From the NCBI RefSeq assembly GCF_004010195.1, contig NC_057719.1:55434785-55498784 (forward strand): a stretch of DNA of 64,000 nt, read 5' to 3'. The notes beneath the pieces were generated by a model. It saw nothing but the letters and a program-made list of their open reading frames with translations, ran no database searches and was not told the DNA's origin. Source of the DNA: Chiloscyllium plagiosum. Lineage: Eukaryota. Made by a program: the position numbers and the translations under genes. Shown piece by piece: positions 12,421 to 24,993 of the stretch. The number at the start of each line of letters is the position of its first letter. Positions within the stretch are counted from its first letter, which is position 1.

Positions 12421-14319
12421 AAAGCTATGTACCATCATTATGCAACTCTGTTTAAAAAAACATATGTTTGCTTTAGTGTGCCTTATTCATCATGGAACAT
12501 TCGTATTCATGGCTGGTGCCAGTCTAAATATTAAGTACCTGTCTATCTTAATAATGCATTCACTGTCAAACACTGATAACATCAAGGCTGTTTTGTAAAT
12601 TTGAGATTCAGGGCTCAACCACATACACTCCAAGACATGTTTTTTTATGAAGTATCTTATCAATCAACTTAGTGACACATACCACCACGGTAACAAACTG
12701 AAGATTGTAGAAATATTCTGCCTCAAAGCTTGTCCAGCACAATTACAATCAATCCAATAGAAACACAAGCTGCTGTCAAATATTATATTAAATAATGCAA
12801 ATTATCAATTGCAACATTCATAATTTTCCACACAATATTGATCTTCTCCCTCTCCTTTTCTCAGCACAGAAATTAGAACATTTATTTCAGAATATAAACC
12901 AAAAGAAGAATGCTTGGAAATAATGAGTAAGCGCTGATACCATCAAATATTTTATCAGTTCTATTGAGAAAAAAAGCTGTGTAATGTTATGAACCTGTTG
13001 TATTTCATGGCATGTAGGTTTCCTTTCTGTGCTTGCTCTATAAAATAAGGCTAAATGCCAAAAGGAGAAATGACAGTACATGAGAGACACAAAACAAAAT
13101 CTGCGTGCATACAACATCAACGACAGTGCTCTCGGAATGATTGCATTTTTGAATACGATCAGCATGAATTGTTGATGTTCAGCAATATTGCAACAAAATA
13201 AAAAGCAGAGTAGATATTCACACTATTGTTGTTAAATGCATGTCAGTGAATTGAAAGTCTATCTTACATCTCTCCTAATTTAAATTTCTACAATAGAGGT
13301 ATATAAATCAGGCTGCTGACCCACAAGTGCTAATTTTACCATATCGCGAAAAATCAAGATCAACTCCACATTGAATTGTGCCACACTTCATTTGTAATTC
13401 TAAATGATCCAAAAGATCAAAGGATGCTGCATTCCCAACACTAAAATTCCTTTTTTGATGAGCACACAACATATCAAAGCCAATTAAACCAGTGCAATGG
13501 CACTGCATCTATCAAAATGAAAACTCAAGCTGCAAAACATTACACTCGTGGACATAGTCCAATTAGCATCTAAATATCAAGCAGACAAGATTCTTCAATC
13601 AAATTAGCAAATATCAGAGGGAAATACATTAGTCACATTAGGAATGTTTATTTTTAACCCAACATTAAAGGAATGATTATAAATATTTAAACAATCCCCC
13701 AAAATATCAATAATATGTAACCATTATTTAACAACACTTCAGATGATTAACAGTGATAGTGAAACATCTTTTAGAATTTATTATCTCCTGTTCCTTTCAT
13801 CCCTTCATTAGTAGTCAGCCATCTGGACCCTAAGGTCTGAAAATTTGTCCCTAAATCTCTTTGCTTCTCTATGCTCCTCAAAAAATAATCACAAACTAGG
13901 ATTGGATCTAGGGACCTACTGCATCCATAGCAACCACATTAAACCTCAGTTCGCATTTTCTGACAAATTAAACAGCATGGGATTTAAACTTTTCATGTTT
14001 TCTGGATATCACACTGCTGCAGGGAAATCTCCTCTGGCAAATAGTCAGCAATTTGATGTAAAATGGAAACAGAAGACATTGAAAATACTCAGCAGGACGG
14101 ATGACATCTGTGGAGAGAGAAACAGCATTAACGGGATGGAGTTTACACCGCCCGTTGGTCGATTTGAATGCAGGGGACGTGTAAAATCCAGTTGGTGGCC
14201 TTCCCACTGTCTACCTGCCTACCCCAATATACCTAAAACCTTACAGGTTTGGTGCAGTAGGAGGCAGCCCAACAGCTCTTGATCCTGTTGATGTCCTCAA
14301 CTGACTGATTACAAAGAAA

Positions 14320-14718
14320 CAGTGATGTAATGGTCATGTCACTGGAATCATAACCCAGAGACCCAGGCTAAAGCTCCGGGGACTTGGATTCAAATCTTAC
14401 TATGACTTTTGGTGGAATTTAAATTCAAGTTAAAAAAAAAGTCTGGAATTGAAACTGGTCTCCGTCATGGTGACCATGACTCTATTCTCTGTTGTAATCA
14501 GAACATATCTGATTCACTAATTTCATTTCTTTAGGGAAGGAAATCTGCCATCCTTACCCAGTCTGACCCATGTGTGAATTCAGACCCATAGCAATGTGGT
14601 TGACACTTCAACACCTTCTCAAATGCCCTAGGAAACTACTCCATTCATGGGAAATTCAGAATGGGCAACAAATGCTGGGAATTCCACTGATTCCTACATT
14701 CTACAAAACAAAAAAAAA
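14320..14718 (+). mobile_element. tRNA-derived SINE (same family as 1143-1472)
   Basis: GGATTCAAATC B-box, TTTAGGGAAGGAAATCTGCCATCCTTACC, GGGCAACAAATGCTGG tail, A-rich end. Confidence 0.7.
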
Positions 14719-14892
14719 GAAATGACCACTTAAAGGCCTCTACCCAACCCCATTCGGAGCCACAGCATGGGAAAGCTCAGCAGCTTTAACTGCATGTGAT
14801 AATGACCTCTTTTTGCATGTCCTCCTGAGTCCCAATGGAGACATGGTCTCCACACAATGCTCATTTACCCATCCTCCTCTGGTCTCTTGAAT

Positions 14893-15190
14893 AGGCACAG
14901 TGGCTTAGCAGTGACCAGGGTTTGATTCCACTCCCGCGTTTGTGTGGAGTTTCCACATTGTCCCCATGCCTGCGTGGGTTTCCTCCAGTTTCCTCCAATA
15001 GTCCAAAGATGTGCAGGTTAGGTGGATTGGCTATGCTCAATTGCCCCATAGTGTCCAGGGATGTGTAGGTCAGATGTGTCAGCCATGGGTAATAAAGGGT
15101 AGGGTGATGGGTCTGTGTGTGATGCTCTTTGAGGGTTGGTGTGGACTTGTTGGGTTGAATAGCCGGTTTCCACACTTTTGAGATTCTATG
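14893..15190 (+). mobile_element. HE1/V-SINE-like SINE
   Basis: GGCACAGTGG...GGTTTGATTCC...GTCCAAAGATGTGCAGGTTAGGTGGATTGGC...GTTTCCACAC...ATTCTATG. Confidence 0.8.
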
Positions 15191-16027
15191 AAACCTTGGC
15201 CCTAACCCTCTCTATATTCCCACTCCAATATCTGACCTTGGAGTTACATTGACTCCTTGGCATTGCACAACTGCCTGCAGCCTCAGCAGTGGACACCATG
15301 CTTGCATTACTAGTGCCACAGAACCACTGATCATTCAACTGTTAAAAGCTGCAGGACAGCCATCAGGGCACTTTAGCTGTGGAGGGGATTGGGGAGGGGG
15401 TGTAGCGAGCAGGACCCTTAGGATCATATACAATCCAGCTCAAACTATAGGATGAGATTACCTTTCATTAGTTCAGCCACCATAGCGAACTTTGGGTTGC
15501 CCCCTTTCCCACGAAGAAATGTAAATATGCAGGAACACTCAGCACTAAAAATGTTAGCTCGAGGAAGCACATTCAACTTTGAAGTATTTACAACAATGGC
15601 TGAGATTTAATTAGATTTGAGGTTTATTTTGCATGAAGCTTTAATGCAATCTCAGCACAAGACAGAAGCCATTAGATAAAATGACTAAACTCATTTATCA
15701 TCCTTGATATTGTAAGATCGAATCACAAAACAGGCACAAAAACCACAGTTAGAGGATGGCTTTCAGCAAAATAATTCTCCACTCACAGCTCTCACTTTTA
15801 GCCACTTTCACAGACCTATACTTCACATTTAAAAGTTATCAGGGAAGAGCCACAACATGCCCACTCACCGGCTTTCTTGCATTTCAACTTCAAAAAGGAT
15901 TCTTTAAAATCAAAGTTCCAGAATTAATTTTAAACCTTTGAAGTATATTAGTCACACTACCATGTTACTATATGCTAACCTCTCATCTCAGTTAATATTT
16001 TGACTTGGTGTCTGCATTGTCCACTAT

Positions 16028-16686
16028 TGTGATGTAAAATCAACACTGTCATATCCATTTCTTCTACTGAAATCTCTGTGTCCTTGTGCTCTCTGTTGCT
16101 GCTTTATTACTTAATGTGGTGCAATTTAAATGGATGTGTGTTGTTCTTTGAGGGTGACTGGAGAACTTGTTGCGAAATTGGGAGAACTTGATGTGAAATT
16201 GGGATTACTCAGGGAAAATATGGACCGGATCCTAAGTGAGGTTTTATCTTGAACCTGATGATGCCAAAACAAAACATGAGAGGTTGTCTAAAATGTCACA
16301 CAGTTGGTGAAATAGTCAGAATTCTTCCTGACACCTGATCTAAAATGAGAATGCAGCCTTTAACTGGATTTTGAGAGAAGGATCCTGTGTGTGTTGTATT
16401 TTAGATATATTTGTGGTAGGACTTAGTCATGTAAATTACAAAATTATATTTGTATCTCCTTCAAAGTGGTCACTGAAGGAATTGCAAGATTTTCCAAGTG
16501 CTTTATTTGGAGCAGTGGCAAATGTAACTTAGGAAGAGCTGTTTGGTTAAACGTTTAAAAACTGCTTGCACATTTTAATTCAGAACTTCTATGTCACAGA
16601 AGTGAGCATTTTATTTTCCTATGTCATTCTTCTGCCTGTCTTAAATAAAAGACTGTGGGCAGCACCTTCCCAACCCTTGAATAACA
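16028..16686 (+). mobile_element. Possible solo LTR
   Basis: Begins TGTGATG, ends ATAACA, AATAAA about 40 bp before the end, internal 21-bp tandem duplication at about 16160-16203; no matching TSD found. Confidence 0.35.
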
Positions 16687-17342
16687 TGGACTATGGTGAG
16701 AAATTTGGGAACATCTAATGCGTTGTCCAGCGAAAACCCTCCCTACATCAAGATCAAAAAGTCTCATTTTCCAACCAATTATTGAATGTTGAGACAGGAA
16801 TCTTGCTGGTGATCAATGACAATCTTGTTAGTGATCAGCGAGAGGTTTATTTTGTATAGATTCATGCTCATTACACCTCTTAATGCTACCTAGTTTCACC
16901 TCATTATTATGCAGTTTTCTAATCTGTCAAACCGAGGTAGAAACCAGACACTGAAAATTCCTGACAAGGAAGCTACAGTGGGTCCCTGGTGACTCCAGCT
17001 CTCTGCTTGCTCCTGCGGATCTCTATCTCAACACATACTGTTGGCAATGACTGCATGCAGCCCACATCCACAGTCATCAACATCCAGAACATATCAGCCT
17101 CTCCACAACATCCTTGTCTCTGATCCACATACCGTATGCTTGTACAGTTTACGCTGCACTTTGGATCACACTGGCAACTTTCATTGAAATGTTGCTCCTT
17201 CAATGATGCTCTGTAAGCAGGGACAGAAATCCAGCTCATGATTTGGATCAAAGTGCTCAGCTGAGCTGCTCGCCTGCTCTCTTAGCTCACAAACTTTGTG
17301 CTTACTTCAATGCTCACAGCATCTGTACCTTACCATGTCTTA

Positions 17343-17795
17343 TTGAGTCACTGCAGCATACAGCATGGAAACAGATCTTTCGGTTCAACTCGTCCATGCC
17401 AACTATGTTTCCTAAACTAAACTAGTCACACTTACCTGCATTTGGCCCATATCCATCTAAATCTTTCCTATTCATGTACTTGTCCAAATGTGTTTTAAAT
17501 ATTGTAACTGCACCTATCTCTGCCACTTTCTCTGGCAGTTAACTCTATAAACAAAACACCCTTTGTGTGAAAAAGTTGCCCTTTGCATCCTTTTAAATCT
17601 TTCTCCTCTCACCTTAAAAATTTGCCTCTTAAGTTCAAACTCCTCAACTCTAGAGTAAAGACCTTTGCCATTCACCTTATTTATGCCCTTCACGTTTTTA
17701 CAAACATTTATAATGTCACCCCTCAACCTCCTATTCTCCAAAGAAAAAAATTGCGGCCTATCCAGTTTCTGCTAATAACTTAAACCCTGCATTCC
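17343..17795 (-). mobile_element. CR1 LINE 3' fragment (older subfamily)
   Basis: ORF 17514-17741(-) RRLRGDII.V.K.VKGI.KVN and the CR1 3'UTR. Confidence 0.8.
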
Positions 17796-18987
17796 TGTTG
17801 TCTTTTAACACTTTGTCCCCTTAGCCAAGACTCTCAGTGCATGTCTGGCCCTGTCCTTCAGAACAGGCACAAAGCCAGAGAGCTTGTTGTGGTTGTTGGC
17901 AATTATCAGTCAAGGAGGTGGAGATGTTACTATAAAACATCCAGCTATGTCAATCTCACAGCAGTACCTTGTGCCAGCAGCTTATACATTAAACAGACCG
18001 CAAATGCAGCAAGCAAATGGCTATGTCTCAGAGTGCTCAGTCAAGTCAAAGTAGACGTGCTTCAGGCAGGAGTCCTAGACACTGAATCAAGGACATCATC
18101 CGATATCAGTCCAGGGGATTGGACATGTTCAGTTGGTCAGGGTTTTGATCCTCTTCTTGAAGTAGGATTGTCAGGTATTCATTCCCAACTCAATTGTTCA
18201 GCCCTTGTTGTGGGCATTTTCTCCTGGGATGAGGAGAAAGGGAGGGATTGAGCAAGATGAAAGTGGCTGGTACATCCTTTAGTGTTGGTACAGGTGGGGA
18301 AATGTGTTGAGGTGGCCTGAGAAGAGATTCAGAGGACATGTAGAGAACTTACAGGACAGAAGGTTACTCAGCCCTTGAAGCCAATGTTATTTCTATATCC
18401 CATCTGAGGCTTCTCCCACCCTGCATGTGTCTCACTGTACTAGCAACTCCCTATAGCTGTCGCCTTATTTATCCAGATCCTTCTTAACTACTCCCATGAT
18501 ATTCTCACCCAATTACTGCACTAAGTTCCACATTCTTATCATTTTGCAGGTGTAGCAGCCTGCAAATTCAATCAATAACCTTCTACTCCATCAAACGAAC
18601 ACAAAGAATTTTCACTGGCATTTTAGCAATCATGGCCACCCCAGTACGTCCCTGCAAACTGTTATACCCTCTTAGTTTGTGCAACCACGAGTGAGTACCA
18701 GCCAGTGTCCCCCAGACTGAAGGATGGTGAGCTAAATCAGGAATTTGAATGTCACTGGGTAATTCAGTAAGTGAGATTTATAAAATTTCAAACTAAGTTG
18801 AAGTTAGCAACTTATTGGGTGATTGAGAAGCATGACTTGGGGAACCATCATTATAAACAATGTTGATTGGACAGTTTCTCTAAGACATGGCTGTTGATTT
18901 TGACTAGAGTGAAATCACTTGGAATAAATTAGTCCTACCACTTTCATTGATTTTACATGTTTTTCTTATGTAAACTATTTATCAAAT

Positions 18988-19220
18988 TAACTGGTTCAGA
19001 GATGTGATTACACACCTCTGGAGCAAGTGGGACTTGAAAACAGGCCTCCAAATCCAGTGGTAGGGACACTAACACTGTGCTACTAGAGGGCCTCCCCACT
19101 TTTTAAAAATTCAGCCTATATCTTCTAATCAACCTGTTTAGAGATGCTACTACACACATATGGAGCAGGTGGGGCTTGAACCCAGGCCTCCCTAGTCCTC
19201 AGCAGGGTAACTGCCATTGT
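18988..19220 (-). mobile_element. Two tandem copies of a short tRNA-derived SINE
   Basis: GGAGCAAGTGGGACTTGAA (about 19020) and GGAGCAGGTGGGGCTTGAACCC (about 19162); reverse-complement B-box GGTTCAAGCCCC. Confidence 0.6.
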
Positions 19221-20085
19221 CAATAATATAATCAGAAAAGCAAGTGTTTCAAGTGCAAAGCAAGTGGAAAAATACTACCCACTACATTTCAATCAAAATG
19301 CATTAGTTTACTTATGTAGACCTTGCTATACTCAGACCAAGTTTGCAGCTTTTGAAATGCTTCTAAAACATTGTTAATAGCAACTCCTCCTGCAGTTTGA
19401 CCTTTTGGAAGAATTACCACAAAAAATAACAGAAGCTGCTCAACAGGACGTTTTTCCCCAGTATCAAGTTTATAAACAGCAACAAAGTACTCCAATCTCA
19501 CAGAAATGGCAAATAACCAAATACTATTATCCTCTTCTCTGCTGCTGTATTTGCCATTTGTTTCAGTAAGTGGCTCAATTCTAATAAGATTCAGAACAAC
19601 TAATATACTTGAGCAGCAAGCTCTTTATTTTAATTTACACTATTAAACTAATCAAACCGATCTAGCACTGAATTATAACTGGTAAAGCCCAAACACAAAG
19701 AACTAATGAACAAATCCTCTTGAAACTATACGACCGACTTTACAAGGATAGATGTGTACAGTCGAAAGACAAAAGCAGAATAAAATCCTACAACTGCTAT
19801 TGAAAAAACTTGGAACATGTGCTGTTTAGATCGGATATAACAGTGATGATGAATATAAAGACATTGTCACACATTGTCAAAAACGTGTTGAATCTTTGGG
19901 CTGAATCTTTTGATTTTTTTCGGTGTATAAGTTGCGTTGAGTATTTTAGAAGGGATTCTCACCATAGCTCAAATATCTCACCGTATCTCAATTATTAACC
20001 ACCAACCCCATCCCAATGGCACTTTCACATCTGATTCTAATCCCATTTAAAATCCATGTGCCGTTTCTAGAAAACTGACCACTTA

Positions 20086-21577
20086 GTGAGGAATAAGAGA
20101 ATGGTCAAAGAAAGAGAAGGGTCGATCAGGGATAGCATAGGGAATTTGTGTGTAGAGTCTGAGGAGGTAGGGGAAGACCTAAAGGAGTTTTTTGCTTCAG
20201 TCTTTACGAAAGAAATGAACTTTGTAGTGAATGAAACCTTTGAAGAGCAGGTGTGCATGCTGAAATGGCTAGAGATAGAGGACGCTCATGTGCAGAAAAT
20301 TTTGTCAAACATTAAGATTGACAAGTCGCCAGGCCCGGACCAGATTTGTCCTCGGCTGCTTTGGGAAACGAGAAATGCAATTGCTTCGCCACTTGCGAAG
20401 ATCTTTTCATCCTCGCTCTCCACTGGAGGACTGGAGAGAGGCAAATGTAATTCCTCTCTTCAAGAAAGGAAATAGGGAAATCCCCGGCAATTATAGACCG
20501 TAAGTCTCACGTCTGCCGTTTGCAAGGTGTTAGAAAGGATTCTGAGGGATAGGATTTATGACCATCTGGAAGAGCATGGCTTGATTAAATGCAGTCAACA
20601 CGGCTCTGTGAGGGGCAGGTCATGCCTCACAAACCTTATAGAGTTCTTTGAGAATGTGACTAGAAATGTTGATGAGGGTCGAGCTGTGGATGTGGTATAT
20701 ATGGACTTCAGCAAGGCATCTGGATACAGAATTGGCTGGCCAACAGAAGACAGCGAGTGGTAGTAGAAGGAAAATATTCTGCCTGGAAGTCTGTGGTGAG
20801 TGGTGTTCCACAGGGCTCTGTCCTTGGGCCTCTATTGTTTGTAATTTTTATTAATGGGGATTGAAGGATGGGTCAGCAAGTTTGCAGATGACACAAAGTT
20901 TGGAGGTGTCATTGACAGTATAGGGGGCTGTTGTAGGCTGCAGCGGGACATTGATAGGATGCAGAGATGGGCTGAGAGGTGGCAGATGGAGTTCAACCTG
21001 GATAAATGTGAGTGATGCATTTTGGAAGGTCGAATTTGAAAGCTGAGTACAGGATTAAGGATAGGATTCTTGGCAGTGTGGAGGAACAGAGGGATCTTGG
21101 TGTGCAGNNNNNNNNNNNNNNNNNNNNNNNNNNNNNNNNNNNNNNNNNNNNNNNNNNNNNNNNNNNNNNNNNNNNNNNNNNNNNNNNNNNNNNNNNNNNN
21201 NNNNNNNNNNNNNNNNNNNNNNNNNNNNNNNNNNNNNNNNNNNCTAATTGAGGTATACGAGATAATGAGAGGCATAGATAGAGTCGATAGCCAGAGACTA
21301 TTTCCCAGGGCAGAAATGACTAACACAAGGGGTCATAGTTTTAAGCTGGTTGGAGGAAAGTATAGAAGGGATGTCAGAGGTGGGTTCTTTACACAGAGAG
21401 TTGTGAGAGCATGGAATGCGTTGCCAGCAGCAGTTGTGGAGGCAGGGTCATTGGGGACATTTAAGAGACTCCTGGACATGCATATGGTAACAGACATTTG
21501 AGGGTGCATACATGAGTGGTCAGCACAACATCGTGGGCTGAAGGGCCTGTTCTGTGCTGTACTGTTCTATGTTCTAT
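20086..21577 (+). mobile_element. CR1 LINE family 2, (GTTCTAT)n tail
   Basis: [47 protein letters not shown]; tail TGTTCTATGTTCTAT. Confidence 0.9.
21108..21243. other. Assembly gap (N run) inside CR1
   Basis: Run of Ns. Confidence 0.99.
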
Positions 21578-21717
21578 GTAAGTGGATCTTTGCTGAAAGA
21601 CCAAAATCCCTAGTGCTTGTGTATTCTTTGAAAGGATGAGCACTGACATTCCAAAGATACCCTTCTTGGTCAAGGATGTTTTCTGAAGACATCTGAGAAG
21701 TAGAAGATTGTGAACAG

Positions 21718-22330
21718 TTCTCCTCAAGGGATCTGGAGGTCCCAGTCAAGGAAACAGTGCAAAGGAAAGGACTCAACATCTCAGAGGGTCAGCAGGGGAG
21801 ACCACACCACCAGATCCTGGCAGTCTAGCTAGATGTTGCCATCCATGTAGGTGCCATTGTGACAGTCCAGATGAACAACGAGCAGAGATGCATGAATATA
21901 GTTAGCTTCTCTGCTCTGCCAGGTTAAATACTACACTCATTTCCCTGTCACCTGACACTATGTCTGCTATTGCGCACACCTCCCAGAAAGGCTCATGCTT
22001 TAACACCCTCGCTATTGTCTGTAATATCTTCCCTCACTCACTCTCACCCAACCCTACATGACGACCACCACCGTCACCCCCACCCCTCCTCTCCCTTTCC
22101 CTGCACCCCCACCCACACACCATTACTCCTGCATGTCCTCTGCATTGCCTCCCTCAGGATACGTCACACATTTTTCTCCCACCATGCACCAGCAGTAACA
22201 GCCATGCCAACCACTTTCAAACTGCCCCATTTCTCTCATTTCAGGAGAAAACATCCCCCAATAGGACTCAGTGAGTCAAATGGGTGGAGGGGGTATTAGA
22301 TCTGCAACTCCTCTGAGGAGAGAACATCAG
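21718..22330 (+). pseudogene. Myb/SANT-like (NAIF1/MSANTD-type) Harbinger accessory gene, two decayed exons
   Basis: FSSRDLEVPVKETVQRK...RPHHQILAV*LDVAIHVGAIVTVQMNNEQRC then LLCSAR; C-rich intron; acceptor CATTTCAG at 22244 then EKTSPNR, resembling PRFS..DLE.L...V..R...W..VA..V.....R...QC.K...DL...AR/EK..HN. Confidence 0.6.
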
Positions 22331-23014
22331 GCTTAGAGAGTGTGAAAGCACAGTCTGCTGAATGCCTCACAGTAACTTCTCCAATAAAGAAATGTCCCTA
22401 ACCTCTGACACTCAGAGGACTGCCAGAGAATAGGCACCTGCTCAGCCACAGTCAGAAGGGACCCCAGTGATGTCACCAATAGGGGACTTCATTCACATGC
22501 ACAGGGAGGAACTGGAACAACAGACAGGGATGTGGGAGGCAATGGCCTCATTGCTCAGAGGCTGCAGCAATGCAGTGGATCATATGACAGTCTGATTGTC
22601 CTATTGGCAGGTTGGCAGCTGCCATTGGAGAGTCAGGCCCAGCATACACCTGCTCCCCATTATCCCAGCTCTTGGTCCTCACTATATGTGCCACCTCCTC
22701 CAAACAGCCAGGGCAGTGCCATTAGGCACTTTACAGAGGCCTCAGAAATCTCCACGTCATCCAGCTCCACCCTGCAACCAACCCCTCAAAAGAGCCAACC
22801 CCAAATCTCCAGGACCAATGGGCTGCACTGCCAAGAAGGTACACTCCCCCGCAACTGCAAAAGGGAGGACTACACAAAGGAGAGAAAGGGTTAAGGAAAT
22901 ATATTGAGAGCACTTCGGTGGGATTGGTGGAAATGAATTGCATATTTTGTGTTACATTTCTATAACAAGCACTACTTTGAACTTTTATCTGGCTGTGTCT
23001 ATCTCTATGTAGCC

Positions 23015-23103
23015 TGTTCCTTGGATGCTGCCTGACCTGCTGCGCTTTTCCAGCAACACATTTTCAGCTCTGATCTCCAACATCTGCAGTCCTCACTTTC
23101 TCC
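23015..23103 (+). mobile_element. Penelope-like family A short insertion
   Basis: TSD TCTA(T/C)CTCTATGTAGCC at 22998-23014 and 23104-23120; begins a few nt downstream of the hammerhead cleavage site. Confidence 0.85.
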
Positions 23104-24755
23104 TCTACCTCTATGTAGCCCTGAATGCAAGTCTACCAACATGATGCATAAATTCAAGGCCATATATGATGTGCTATGAATTAATGCCTGTGTTGAGGGC
23201 CAACAACAAACAAGAGCATCAAGGTATATACAGAGCAATGGGTCCTGTTGATTCCATTACCCCTTGTCCTACAACATTCCTGTTCTTTCCCTGGTCTGTA
23301 TATCTAAAGTGTTCATGTGAATTGGGTGGTCAGCAATGTCTGGGACAGAGAAGTGCACAGCAAATAAGGAGTCAACTCACTAGTGGGACTGCCAATGGTT
23401 AGGAATCCTGCATGTCTCGCTTCCCTTTAAAGGGCCTTACATGGTGGGTTTTGCAGCTCCATTCCTCACAGATTAGCTCACTTAGCATGCCCAAGCCATC
23501 TGTGGTAGCAGCCATTTTTATCCCCATTGTGCATGATGGATGGCAGCAGTGAACACTCCTTAGCCAGTGGCTTCCAGCCTCTTCCTTTACATGTCAGTGA
23601 CAGCCCTTCTGGTGACATATACGGTTGATGTTAAAATCAGATTATCCATAATCTTTTTGAATGTGCAACAGGCTCAAAAGATCAAGCTGCTAACTCTTGT
23701 TCCTTAGTTGTACATTTGTATGAACGCTGTAGTCTTCACACCTCCCCAAGTTCCCACCTAACCCATGCCCATGGTCTTTCATCCAGCTGCTGGCATATGC
23801 ATAGACAATGCCAAATGTGATCTTGCACTGTAACCCACTTGAAGCCAGAGTACTCGTGACCATGGAAAGCTCCCTGACCACCCACGAGACCTCCTCCATC
23901 CATTTTACTATATCCCCTCCTCCCTTGTAGATAACATTGCTTCCCCTCATGATATCATACTGCCTTCCCTCCACCCATCCACCACCCTCCGCCAAGACTA
24001 CAGCCCCCCAATCCCAAACAATAGCTTACTGAGTCATTTTCCAATGGCAGTGGCCCCCTTATTATCCCAACCCAGCCCCCTTTCCCCATGGTTTCTGTGG
24101 ATGGGCCCAACAGACTGAACCCTTGAGTGACCTAACTGAACAACTCTGGGCTGATGGCCAAAATCTCCCCAACAGTGTTAGCCCTACCCTCCTAGACTGG
24201 CCACTATAGAGCCACAGGACTGACTGTGATCCACTTCCTATATTGCAGAAGCATGGATTCCCTGACAGAGATTACCCAGGCCTGTTGGCTCACCATGACC
24301 AAACCCCAAAGAAATGGTATGGGAGGCTGCATATGATTTACTGAGCCATGGCCCCTGACTGCCTGCTGCATCTATAGTCTTTGCTGAAGATTACTCCTCT
24401 ATGACTTTCAGACCTGACTGCTTACTTATTGCACATGAGTGTGTTTGCTGTGTAAGTTGCTGCCACATGGTGAGAGATTAATGTAACACACGACCATTCA
24501 GCAAGATGTACATCCCCCTAAAATGGAACTTGTATGTGTGACTATGTTAATTGGCAAGGAAAGGCAAGATATGGATGCAGTGAGCATTCAGCGAGGCGGT
24601 GCTGAGTGAGTGAGCACTAAGAGAGCAAACAAGAAGCCCTGCGATGCAGCAAAAGCATAAAAAATGAAGTCAGCTGATCCTACTATTGACAAAGGCCTCC
24701 CATTGAATTCTACCACAAATCGCATCATGGCTCATGACCATTCATAGTTCAAAAA

Positions 24756-24993
24756 TTGTGAGAAGATTTGTAGCTCAGGTGCTCATTGTTGTGGTTCTGT
24801 TTGCCGAGCTGGGAATTTGTGTTGCAGACGTTTCGTCCCCTGTCTAGGTGACATCCTCAGTGCTTGGGAGCCTCCTGTGAAGCGCTTCTGTGATGTTTCC
24901 TCCGGCATTTATAGTGGTTTGTCTCTGCCACTTCCGGTTGTCAGTTCCAGCTCTCCGTTGCAGTGGTCAGTATATTGGGTCCAGGTCGATGTG
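24756..24993 (-). mobile_element. Penelope-like family C (young subfamily) 3' end
   Basis: Reverse complement encodes HIDLDPIY then a pLTR with an intact hammerhead. Confidence 0.85.
24824..24863 (-). ncRNA. Minimal type I hammerhead ribozyme (family C), intact core
   Basis: Minus strand GCA-CUGAGGA-U-GUCACC(UAGACA)GGGGAC-GAAAC-GUC^UGC; stem I GCA/UGC. Confidence 0.8.

Noticed and set aside
19396-19570. Plus-strand exon FDLLEELPQKITEAAQQDVFPQ...
   Set aside because: Plausible acceptor but unrecognised peptide and no supporting neighbouring exons
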